61,786 bases of DNA, taken from NCBI GenBank assembly GCA_037132955.1, contig JBAXPF010000001.1, forward strand, positions 1 to 61,786, written 5' to 3'. Below the pieces are notes generated by a model that was given only the letters and a program-made list of their open reading frames with translations, ran no database searches and was not told where the DNA came from. Position 1 is the stretch's first letter; each line of letters starts with the position of its first letter. Position numbers and translations under genes: made by a program. Positions 1 through 9,800 of this stretch are shown here, one piece after another. The stretch is from Verrucomicrobiota bacterium (lineage in GTDB: Bacteria > Verrucomicrobiota > Verrucomicrobiia > Verrucomicrobiales > Akkermansiaceae).

Positions 1-76
1 CAGCCCAAACTGGCATGGCCGCAGGCAATTTTGAATTGAAGAGGAGCCTTGCGCCGGGCGCTCGATTCTGAATACG

Positions 77-118
77 AACATCGAACATTCAACATCGAAC
101 GCTCAACGTCGAACAGAA
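77..118 (+). repeat. Degenerate heptamer tandem array (AACRYYS-like x6)
   Basis: aacatcg aacattc aacatcg aacgctc aacgtcg aacagaa; strict 7-bp period. Confidence 0.85.
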
Positions 119-205
119 GAGGGCGAAAGGAACAGAAGTACAAGGTGACAGATAAAAAGTAGAGAATCTTGTGGATTGTTCGGTTTTCGATGGTATGGTG
201 ACAGG

Positions 206-1312
206 ATGCGTAAAGCACGATGGCTGGCGGGTTGGAAGGACTCGGGCGCGAAGCCGGTGATCTACCACTGTATCTCGCGGGTGGTGGATCGGCGGTTTGT
301 GTTTGAGGAGAAGGAATGCGAGGCGTTCCGGATGTATATGCGGATGTATGAGAATTTCTCGGGCTGCCGGGTATTGTCGTATTGCGTGATGTCTAACCAT
401 TTTCATCTATTGCTGGAGGTGCCGCGGATGGCGGAGGGCGGGCTGAGTGATGAGGTGTTGCTGCAACGTCTTGGCTGGCTTTATTCCGAGGTGGTGGTTG
501 CAGGTGTGGCGGCGGAATTGGCGGAGGCGAGGAAGAATTCCAGCGGCGCGGACGATGGTGCGCATGCTGCGCCTGCCGCGCGGGTGGCGGCCATTCATGC
601 CCGGTTCACCTATCGGATGCACGACCTGAGTGAGTTTATGAAGGGCTTGTTGATCCGGTTCACGCGGTGGTTCAACCGGATGCATTCGCGGTCAGGAACC
701 CTGTGGGAAGAACGCTTTAAGAGCGTGATCGTGGAAAGTGGGGTGGCAGCGCGGACGATGGCGGCCTACATCGACCTCAATCCAGTGCGGGCGGGGATGG
801 TCAAAGATCCGGCGGATTATCGGTGGTGCAGTTATGGAGAAGCGGTGGGCGGCGGGAGGAAAGGGAATGGGAAAAAGGCACGCGAGGGCTTGGTGCGGGC
901 GTATTATTGCGACCAGGGAGTGGGCTTCGAGGCGGATAAATGGCAGGGTGTATCGCGCTTGTATCGGCGGTTGATGGGACTGGCCTTGGGGCGCAAGCCG
1001 GGGCGGGCCGAGGTGGCTGGAGATGGAAATCGTGTGGGCCAAAACACGCTGAACACGGTCGAGATGTTGGAAAGCAAAGATAACGGCACGGTCTTGAAGG
1101 ATCTGGGATTCGCGAAGATGTTGCATTGCCGGGTGAGATATTTCACGGACGGAGCGGTGATCGGCAGCAAGGAGTTTGTGAACGAGGCGTTTGCACGAGC
1201 ACGGGAGCGATTCAGTGCCAAGCGCAAAGATGGGGCGCGGGCAATGCGGGGCAGCGGCAGCGGCGCGAAGGGACTGCTGTGGAGTGTCAGGGATTTGCGC
1301 GTGAGGGTCTGA
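206..1312 (+). mobile_element. Y1 (HUH) transposase, REP-associated tyrosine transposase (RAYT)-like
   Basis: YHCISR N-terminal motif, HUH motif YCVMSNHFHLL, LWEERFKS, YIDLNPVRAG and YRWCSY motifs; ATG at 206 preferred to the ORF start at 176. Confidence 0.9.
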
Positions 1313-1430
1313 AAATAACCCACACATGTCACTTGTCGATGGAGCCAGTCCTGCTTTTCGAGCATAGTGTAGTTGAAGGGTGGCCCCGCATGGCTGATGG
1401 CTACGTGATTCTAAAATAGCGGAATCCGAC

Positions 1431-1459
1431 TTGACAGTCTTACTTTTTGGCATTACCGA
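1431..1459 (+). promoter_or_regulatory. Possible sigma70 promoter of the TA operon
   Basis: Perfect TTGACA at 1431-1436, 30 bp upstream of the ATG; -10 element is weak. Confidence 0.3.
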
Positions 1460-1465
1460 ATCCGC

Positions 1466-1747
1466 ATGATTGCCACCCTTACCAGCAAAGGTCAGATCAC
1501 GATTCCATTGCTGCTGCGCAAGCGGCTCAACCTCAAAGCGGGCGACCGGCTCGAGTTCGATGAAGCCGCGCCGGTTCTAACCGCGCGGCGGGTGGTCGAT
1601 CGCACGGACTGGGCAGCCACCGTGGCGGCTTGGCAGGACTCCGCCGCCACCGTACTGAGTGGGCATCCATGGGCCGACCAAAGTGCGGCGGCCATCGTGG
1701 ATGATTTGCGGGGCGGGCCGGCGGAAACGATTCTCTCACAGCCATGA
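1466..1747 (+). CDS. vapB: AbrB/MazE/SpoVT-family antitoxin (VapB-like)
   Basis: ATLTSKGQITIP..LRKRLNLKAGDRLEF AbrB signature; ATGA overlap with the PIN gene. Confidence 0.88.
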   Translation: MIATLTSKGQITIPLLLRKRLNLKAGDRLEFDEAAPVLTARRVVDRTDWAATVAAWQDSAATVLSGHPWADQSAAAIVDDLRGGPAETILSQP

Positions 1748-2142
1748 TTACAGCGGTTGATTCTTCGGTGCTGTGGGCCATCATCAAGCGAGAAGTCGGC
1801 CACGAACACTGGTTGGAGGCCCTCATTCGCGCTGCCCGTGAGGGCCCGCTCATCATCAGTCCGGTAGCCTTCGCGGAATTGGCGCCTTCTGCCGCTGGCG
1901 CGCCGGAACTCGTTGATTTTCTGGCCCGCCTGTCGATCTGCTACTCCCCCATCTCGCCAGAAGCCGCCCATCTCGCTGGGCACACCTTCAAACGCTACCG
2001 CCAGATCGGAGGTCCGCGCCAGTATCTGGTTCCGGACTTTCTCATCGCCGCCCACGCCCAAACCCAAGCGAACCGCCTCGCCGCAATGGACCGTGGCTAC
2101 CTGCGCCAGTGGTTCCGTGATCTCGAGGTTCTTGTGCCTTAA
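1744..2142 (+). CDS. vapC: PIN-domain toxin (VapC)
   Basis: AVDSSVL, SPVAFAEL, PDFLIAAHA and MDRG acidic PIN motifs; 132 aa. Confidence 0.9.
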   Translation: MITAVDSSVLWAIIKREVGHEHWLEALIRAAREGPLIISPVAFAELAPSAAGAPELVDFLARLSICYSPISPEAAHLAGHTFKRYRQIGGPRQYLVPDFLIAAHAQTQANRLAAMDRGYLRQWFRDLEVLVP

Positions 2143-2178
2143 TCGCTCAGCGGCCGAAGGTCACCGTGTCGTCCGGCG

Positions 2179-2904
2179 TCACGGTGCGGCCGGCGGCGGG
2201 GCCGCGGCGGGGATGACTTGTCCGGTCAACGCCTTGTAAACGGTGGCGGCCAGGAATTTGTGGCCATCCGCGTTTGGATGCACATGGTCGGAGAAACATT
2301 CCGGCTTGCCGTCGAGCGACTCGTACAGATTGATGACATGACAACCCGTGTCGCTGGCAACCTTGCGAATGAGCGGAATGACCTCATCCTTGAGATTGGC
2401 GGGGTCGATGCCAAATTTGTTAGTTTCCAACGGTGGCGGCAGGCAGCAATAGATGATTACCTTGGGGTTGGCCTGCCGGAGCGCCGCGATCATGGCCTTG
2501 TAGTCGGCCTCGAAGCCGGCCTTTTTTTCCCAGTTGCTCGGTTTGCTGTCGTTGGTGCCCAGCGCGATGGTGGCCACATCCGGCTTGAGTGCGAGGGCTT
2601 GGGCGTATTGGGGTAACTTTGTGTAGGGCTTGGCAGCGTTGTTGAGCAGGGTCGCACCGCTCACGCCGAGATTGGTGACCTCCCATTTGTTGCCCAAGGC
2701 ATTGCTGACCACGGTGGCATAACACACCGGACGGCCCGCATACGAGCCGTAGGTGATGCTGTCACCGATGCACGCCAGGCGGATCGCCGCCTGATAGTCG
2801 GCCACCGGCACCGGTTTCGAGTCGTCGGCCGCAGGGGCCGTGAGCATCAGGCCCAGACACGCCAGTGCCGCGCCCAGCCCGAGCCTCAATCCTCTGTTTG
2901 TCAT
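2179..2904 (-). CDS. Secreted SGNH/GDSL hydrolase (O-acetylesterase-like)
   Basis: Signal peptide, CIGDSIT, NLGVSG, LGTND and DHVHP blocks. Confidence 0.88.
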   Translation of the reverse strand: MTNRGLRLGLGAALACLGLMLTAPAADDSKPVPVADYQAAIRLACIGDSITYGSYAGRPVCYATVVSNALGNKWEVTNLGVSGATLLNNAAKPYTKLPQYAQALALKPDVATIALGTNDSKPSNWEKKAGFEADYKAMIAALRQANPKVIIYCCLPPPLETNKFGIDPANLKDEVIPLIRKVASDTGCHVINLYESLDGKPECFSDHVHPNADGHKFLAATVYKALTGQVIPAAAPPPAAP

Positions 2905-3111
2905 TTGATAGATCCTTTCTTGTGTTGATTTGAAGCCAGCGGGGTGCCGCAATCGCCTCACCCTTACGCGGCCTGCGGGCCGGATCTTTCGGTCAAGGCG
3001 CCACCCAAGGAACGACGCTTGCCAAGCGTCGTCTGCATTGCCGTGGCGAAAGACGGGCTTGGGTAAGCCCCGCTCCATGATTGGAGAAATGGCCGCCGGC
3101 GGTATTCCGCC

Positions 3112-4944
3112 TCAGTCTGCCTTGATGCGATTTTCGCCCGGCTTGAGGGGGATTTTGCGGCCTGGCAATTTCACTTCGCCAGTCATGCCGGCGGGTAGGG
3201 TGACCGAGCCGGTCAGGGCGGAACCACGTTCCCAGCGCAGGTGGATGAGTCCTTTGGGCGTGGGGACAACACCTTCCGCCCACTGCAAATCACCTAACTT
3301 GGGTTCGACCACGACGGAAGCAAAGCCCGGCTCTGCGGGTTGCACTCCTAACACGTGAGCTGGCAACAGATAGGCCGGGCCGGCCGACCACCCGTGGCAG
3401 CGGCTGCCGGCTGCGTCGGTTTCGTTAGGGTGATCCCCGACTGTTAGGTCACACTTTTCCCAAGTGGTGGTGGCGCCAAAGCTGAGCATGTGGCCATAGA
3501 TTTTGCGGATATCATTGAGAGCGGCTTCGGTCATGCCAGCCCGGAACTTGGCTTCCATCGTCCAGTACAACATGAAGCCGGCCGTTGCCGGCCGCACCTG
3601 CGAGGAGGTCTTGTCGAGTTGTTGCGCCTGCTTGGCGTAGTCGCCCAAGCCGGCCAGCACGCTGAATGAATTGACATGCCACGAGGTGCTGAGTTTTTTC
3701 CCGGCTTCGTCGAGGAAGAACTGTTCGTCCTTATCGAAGTAGGTGTTCATGATGCGTTCGCGTTGGCGTGGCAGGTAGTCATCGCACTGCCGGCGCAGCG
3801 CATCGTCATTCATCACTTGCGCGAGGTAGGACGCATCCTGCATGGCGATGGCAAACTGCATTTCCAACACGCCGTGGGAGCCCCACCAAGCTTCCCCGTA
3901 GCGGCCGTCGGTGATGAAATTGCCCAACGGCTTGAGGTTGGCGGGCTCTTGTTTCATGAGAAAGGGCAGCAGTTTCTGCACCGCCGGCCACAGTTGCGTC
4001 AAGGCGTCCTTATCGCCGGTGAAACGGTAGTAATCGCGCAGGCAGCCGATGTAGTCCAGGCAGTAGTTGACTAAAATCCAGTTGTTGACGCCGCGCGGGA
4101 TGCCGGGCATGTAATTAATGTTAGATGGGTGTTGGCTGGCGCCGGCGCGACTGGCCTGGGCCGGCATGGAGCCATCCGGGTTCTGACTTGCGGCCATCAG
4201 GAACAGGCTCTTGCGCGCCAGATCACGGTCGCCATACACCAAGGCGTTGCACAGGTATTGCACCCGATAGTCGGAGATCCACAGCAAGCCGTCGCGCTTG
4301 ATGCCGTCCTCATAGTATTGCTGCATACACAGCTTGGTCGAGTAGGCGGCGAGTTCCCAGATTTTGTTCAGTTGGGGGTCCGAGCAGGAAAAGGTGCCTA
4401 CCTCGTTGACCGGATAATGCTGCAAGGTCGCCTGCACGCTTTCCAGGGTGATGGGGGCGGCACCGGCGGGCACGATCAGCCGCAGGTAACGAAACGCCCG
4501 CCGGCCATAGTTGCGCAGTTCCTGCGGCCCGGCCTTCACCTCCAGATGATCGATCGGCCGCTTATACCAGCGGGCCGCGTAGTCATTGTCGCGGTGGACT
4601 TCCTGCAGCGCTTCACCGTAGCGGACTTCAAGCTTGGACGGGGCCTCCGCACGCACGCCAAAACGAACCGTGCCGACAATTTCACGGCCGAAATCTAACA
4701 CAACCTCCGCCGCGCCAGACCCCGGTTGAAAAAGCACCGGCTTGCCATCTAACAAAATAACTGCATCGGCCACCGCCTGTGACGACACGATGGCCTTGGG
4801 TGCCACGGGCGTCGTCTTGAGGGTGAAGACGGTTTGCCCGTTGACGGGCGGCTTGGCGGAGTCTTGCGCGACTGCGTCACCTGTCAGGAAAGCCCCCGCG
4901 ACGAGCATTGTCCGCCACACCCCATGCATTGTTTGCCGTGTCAT
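3112..4944 (-). CDS. Alpha-L-rhamnosidase family (GH78) protein
   Basis: LDFGREIVG, DGIKRDGLLWISD, GATTTWE, SRCHGWSAGP, VPTPKG motifs; signal peptide; start uncertain (4944 or 4929). Confidence 0.85.
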   Translation of the reverse strand: MTRQTMHGVWRTMLVAGAFLTGDAVAQDSAKPPVNGQTVFTLKTTPVAPKAIVSSQAVADAVILLDGKPVLFQPGSGAAEVVLDFGREIVGTVRFGVRAEAPSKLEVRYGEALQEVHRDNDYAARWYKRPIDHLEVKAGPQELRNYGRRAFRYLRLIVPAGAAPITLESVQATLQHYPVNEVGTFSCSDPQLNKIWELAAYSTKLCMQQYYEDGIKRDGLLWISDYRVQYLCNALVYGDRDLARKSLFLMAASQNPDGSMPAQASRAGASQHPSNINYMPGIPRGVNNWILVNYCLDYIGCLRDYYRFTGDKDALTQLWPAVQKLLPFLMKQEPANLKPLGNFITDGRYGEAWWGSHGVLEMQFAIAMQDASYLAQVMNDDALRRQCDDYLPRQRERIMNTYFDKDEQFFLDEAGKKLSTSWHVNSFSVLAGLGDYAKQAQQLDKTSSQVRPATAGFMLYWTMEAKFRAGMTEAALNDIRKIYGHMLSFGATTTWEKCDLTVGDHPNETDAAGSRCHGWSAGPAYLLPAHVLGVQPAEPGFASVVVEPKLGDLQWAEGVVPTPKGLIHLRWERGSALTGSVTLPAGMTGEVKLPGRKIPLKPGENRIKAD

Positions 4945-4996
4945 CACGGCGGAGGATGGAGCGCCCGGCCTAACAAGACAAGCGAAACCCGACAAA

Positions 4997-5863
4997 TTAC
5001 TGGCGCAAGCTCACCGCATCCGCCTTGGGAAAATCCGCCGGCACTTTTTGGGTCACCTTGCCGGTGGCCGCCCATTCGGTGCCGCGTTGCAGCAGGGTGA
5101 TGAAGCCGACGCATTTCATGGCATCCGGCCCGTGGCCGAGCATGAGGTGAAACACCCGGCCCTTGCCGTAGTTGATCACGAGGACTTGAGCTTCCTGCTC
5201 GCCGCTGCCGCCAAACTTCGGATCGGCAAACGCCGTTGCCAGAATCGTCGCGTTTTTGGCCGGCCCACGCATGAAATCATACAACTCGTCCGAAGCATGC
5301 ATCCATTGTGCCGGAAGTCCGGCCATGATCGGATGCTGCGGCGCGCGAGTGTCCAGCACATACTCATGTCCAGCGCCATGATGACCGGCCGGACCCGGCT
5401 TGTCATCCAACACCTGCTTGCCATCCCGCCAGCGCAGATACGGACCGGACTTTTCGTTGCGCCCATACCAGCCGCCGACCGCAATCATTTCGTTGTAGGC
5501 CGGCCACGCGGTGAACGAGTTATCGGCGGCGTGCACCACCACCATACCGCCGCCGCCGCTCATGTAATCCTCAAACGCCTTGCGGGTGGGTTCCCCCCAC
5601 ATCGCGCCGTTGTAATTCATCACAATCACCTTGTATTTGGCGAAATCCGGCTTGAAGTCCGCCAGCGCGGGGTTCTTGGCATCAGGGGCGGTGGCCACCT
5701 CCACCGTGAACAGGCCGCTGGCTTCCAGTAACTTGCCCATCACGGGAGTGGTGGCTTTCCAATCGTGATTGTTTTGGCCGTCAATGATCAGGGTTGGCAG
5801 CGGCGCCGCCTGCCCGGAAAGCAAGCTGCCGGCAACGAACAATGTCGCAAAAAGTGTTTTCAT
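4997..5863 (-). CDS. ThuA-like domain secreted protein
   Basis: IIDGQNNHDW, GGGMVVVHAAD, DELY, YGKGRVFHLMLGH, RGTEWAATG. Confidence 0.85.
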   Translation of the reverse strand: MKTLFATLFVAGSLLSGQAAPLPTLIIDGQNNHDWKATTPVMGKLLEASGLFTVEVATAPDAKNPALADFKPDFAKYKVIVMNYNGAMWGEPTRKAFEDYMSGGGGMVVVHAADNSFTAWPAYNEMIAVGGWYGRNEKSGPYLRWRDGKQVLDDKPGPAGHHGAGHEYVLDTRAPQHPIMAGLPAQWMHASDELYDFMRGPAKNATILATAFADPKFGGSGEQEAQVLVINYGKGRVFHLMLGHGPDAMKCVGFITLLQRGTEWAATGKVTQKVPADFPKADAVSLRQ

Positions 5864-5932
5864 AGGAGGCAAGGCTAGAATATCCGCACCCGATTGCAAT
5901 GCCAATCCACCGGTGTTTGCGCGTCGATGGCC

Positions 5933-5966
5933 GTAACTGTGGCTTCCAGCCGCAGGCCGCCGCTAC
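5933..5966. repeat. REP-like palindrome
   Basis: GTAA + CTGTGGCT-TCC-AGCCGCAG hairpin, followed by GCTAC (reverse of GTAGC); intergenic. Confidence 0.5.
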
Positions 5967-6021
5967 AGGGCTGCGCAGCGTGAAAGAACCCCGCAAAATG
6001 ACGGGTAACTGCTGGCACATC

Positions 6022-6768
6022 ATGCCCTATCAACCCATACCTAACAAAACTTCCGGACCACGTCGCCGTTTCATCCTGCCCGTCTTAGGCGCGCTGGCCA
6101 TCATCACCGGCCCCGCCCGCGCCGCGGAAGCGCCTGACATGCCGGTGTTCAAGCAAAACGCGCGAATCCTGTTTCAAGGCGACTCGATCACCGACGGCAA
6201 CCGCGGCCGCAATGCCGACCCCAACCACATTCTCGGCCACGGCTATTGCTTCATCATTGCGGCCAAATACGGCGCGCAATATCCGGAGCGCAACCTCACC
6301 TTCATGAACCGAGGCTGCAGCGGCAACAAGGTGACCGACCTTGCCGGCCGCTGGCAGAAGGACACTCTCGACCTCAAGCCCGACGTGCTCAGCATCATGA
6401 TCGGCATCAACGACAGCGGCAACATCCCGCTCGACCAATACGAACAAACGTATGACAAATTGTTAGCCGATACCAAGGCCGCCAACCCGGACATCCGCTT
6501 CGTTTTGATCGAACCCTTCTATCTGCCCAAGGACGGCCACAAGGACAACGACGCGCGCGACCAGGACGTCAAGCAACGCCAGGCGATCGTGGCCAAAGTC
6601 GCCGCCAAGCACCAGGCCGCGCTGGTCAAATTGCAGCAGATCTTCGATGACGCCTGCAAGCAGGCCCCCGCCACCTACTGGGTCTGGGACGCCGTGCACC
6701 CCACCTACTCCGGCCACCAACTCATGGCCAACGCCTGGATCAAAACCGTCGGCGAGTTCTATAAATAA
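6022..6768 (+). CDS. Secreted SGNH/GDSL hydrolase
   Basis: FQGDSITD, NRGCSG, IGIND and DAVHP; RRRF N-terminus followed by a hydrophobic stretch. Confidence 0.88.
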   Translation: MPYQPIPNKTSGPRRRFILPVLGALAIITGPARAAEAPDMPVFKQNARILFQGDSITDGNRGRNADPNHILGHGYCFIIAAKYGAQYPERNLTFMNRGCSGNKVTDLAGRWQKDTLDLKPDVLSIMIGINDSGNIPLDQYEQTYDKLLADTKAANPDIRFVLIEPFYLPKDGHKDNDARDQDVKQRQAIVAKVAAKHQAALVKLQQIFDDACKQAPATYWVWDAVHPTYSGHQLMANAWIKTVGEFYK

Positions 6769-6862
6769 ATTCTGGTGCTCATGGAATGAATCATTCACCT
6801 TGCGGTCATGGTATGCTCCGTGGTGGGGCCACCTCCTGAATACCAATCATACCCATGGAATT

Positions 6863-9800
6863 ATGAGCTCCTCCTCCATCATGAACACGATAGGTTCCCC
6901 CGTCCGGCGGGTTGTGTTGTTAGTTGCGCTTGCAGGTATGGGCGCGAATTCGGTGGCAAGCGCCGCCTCGGGTGGCGCGTTGGGCGTTCCGGTCGGCGGG
7001 GGGAATGCCATCGAACAATGGGCAGCCCAGCCTAGCTCGCCGCCGGCATCCGGCGGCAATCTGCAACCGGGGGCGGTGGCGTTCGAAGTGCCGCCGGGCG
7101 CGGTGGCTGAGCCGCTTGAAGTGGTGGTCAAACTCCGCAAGGGTTCGGTGGCGGCAGGCGTCTGGGCGCAAGCCGACCGCGAGGCGCTGGCTATCGGCCA
7201 GGCGCTGGCCGCGGAAAACGAATTGACATTTTTGTTAGGCAAGCATGGAGTGACCGCGGTCCAGCCGGTCTTCGGGCGTGCCAAACAACCGGGCCAACCC
7301 GCTGTGCCGCAAGGTGCGGGCGGCGTGGCGGTCGCTCCCAACCCGCAGGCGGAACAACGGGCCGCGCTCTTCCGCTGGTGTCGCCTGCAATTGCCCGCCG
7401 GCACCGATCTGCAAAAAGTCATCACCGACCTCAAGGCCAACCCCGCCGTGGAATGCGCCGAACCGGTTCATGAATATAAGTTGTGCGACATTGACCCACC
7501 CATCACCGGGCTGCCCGACAGCACCAGCGACCCGATGATGCCGCAGCAATGGCACCACGCCGCAGCCAAGTCCCAGGCCGCATGGAATTATCTCAAACTC
7601 AATGGTGCTCCGATGGGCGGTTATAGTGACGTGGTGGTGGCCGTGATCGACACCGGCACCGATTACAACCATCAGGATCTCGTCGGTAATATTTGGACCA
7701 ACCCGCGGGAAATTCCCGGCAATGGCATCGATGACGATGGCAACGGCTTCATCGACGACATCCACGGCTGTAGTGTCACCTCTGATTCCCGCAGTCATTC
7801 CGGAGACCCGATCGACCTGCATGGCCACGGAACCCATGTGGCCGGCATCATCGCATCCACTGCCTTCAACCACCTCGGCGGTGTCGGCGTCGCCTTCGGG
7901 GTCAAGATCATGCCCATCCGCGCGGCTCATTACTCGGGCACACTCACCACCACCGACATCTCCGAGGCCGTGCTCTACGCTGTGGACAATGGGGCCGATG
8001 TCATCAACATGAGTTTCGGTGGCTCCCAATACTCGCAGCTCGTAGCCGACACACTCCAAGTCGCGCTTGCGCAAGCCGTGCTGGTAGCGTCAGCCGGCAA
8101 TGGCGGCCCTTACCAGCCCCCGATGTATCCGGCTGCGCTGAAATACGTGATTGGAGTCATGGCCAGTGATGCTGAAGGCAAACCCTGTTGGTTCACTAAT
8201 CTCAAGGGTGATCTGGCTGCGCCAGGTGAAGGCATCCTCAGCACCCTGCCTGGCCACGACTATGCCGCCTGGAGCGGCACTTCCATGGCCGCACCCGTTG
8301 TTGCCGGCGCGGCAGCCCTCATGCGTTCGTATTTCTGGCAACGCGAAATTTGGTCGTCACGCTTCATCATGGGCAGCCTGGTCAACTCCGGTCCCAACCT
8401 CGATATCTACAGGGCCATCACCGAACCTCCTCAGCCCGGGGTGACTTTGCTAGAAACCTGGATGTTCGATGACAAGGGCATCGACCCGGCCAACGACGGA
8501 GACGGGAGGGTGGATTCCGGCGAAACCGTGCATCTTGCCTTGGAGTTAATGAACCGCTCCGGAGAGGCGGAAGGTGTCACCGCCTACCTCCAGGCCTGGG
8601 CCGAGGGAGCGGTCATGCCGGACCCCTATGTCACCGTCACCGTGCCCGAGATTTCCATGGGCAACATAGGCCCCTTCAACACCACCGACAACGGCTTTAT
8701 CTATAACTCAGAGGGCGTCATCACGGGGGTTGATCAACCGTTTGTTTTCGAAGTCTCGAAGGACTGCCCCAACGAGCACGTGATTGAATTTGAATTGACC
8801 ATCAACTTCTATGATGGCTGGAATCCGCAAAACACCGAACCCTACACCCGCATCAGCCGCTTCCAGTATGTCGTCCAGCGCGGCAAGAACCTGCCCACCG
8901 TGATCAGCTCCGACATGGTGCTCACGGCGGATGAATACTGGATCGTCGGTGGTCCCGTCCTGATCGAACCGGGCGCAACTCTAACAATCATGCCGGGCAC
9001 ACAGCTCCAGTGGGGTGCCATCAGCGACGACCCCTACAATCCCGGGCCGCAAACCGGCAACATGGTGGTGCGCGGCAATCTGCGGGTTCAAGGCACCTGC
9101 GAGCAACCGGTGGCGATGTTTCCTTCCTACATGGTTTCCGGGCAAGCCGTGAACATTCGGGTTGATGGTGGCACGGCGGAAATGGCTTACGTTAAGGTGC
9201 GTAGCGCCAATGTGACAGGCTTGGGTGTCATCGATCATGCCTACTTTGACTCTGATCTTGGAAGCGGCGCTACCATCAATGCCGCGCAAATCACGAACAC
9301 CATCTTTCACAAGTTGCGTTACGGCGGGCGGATTTGGGCGAGTTCATTTGAGGGTTGCCTTTTCGGGGCAGGGTGGCTCGGTCCGCAGAGTTCACGCGAC
9401 AACAATACGCCTGCGGCGGCATCACCAAAAATCATCAATTGCACGTTTCTTCAGGATAACGAGAACAACATGCCTCTTAGTATTTATCCTAACAAGAGCT
9501 TGGATACCGCTTTTGTTGGGGGCGTGCCCTCCCAATTCAATGGATCTAACAACTATAGGGGTGCCAAGATAGGGATGTATCGCGCGGTAACGCGAAATGG
9601 CTTCACTTACGTGACGCTACCGGTTGAGAGCACCAGTTATCTCCAGCAAGCCGAGTGGATTGCGCAATCCCTTGGCGGTCATATTACCAGCATTGCAGAT
9701 CAGTCGGAGCAGACATTTCTTGAGAACTACGTTACCTTGCCACCCAGTTTTCCGGCACAACCCCCTCATATGGTCACCTATTTCATTGGCTTGACAGATG

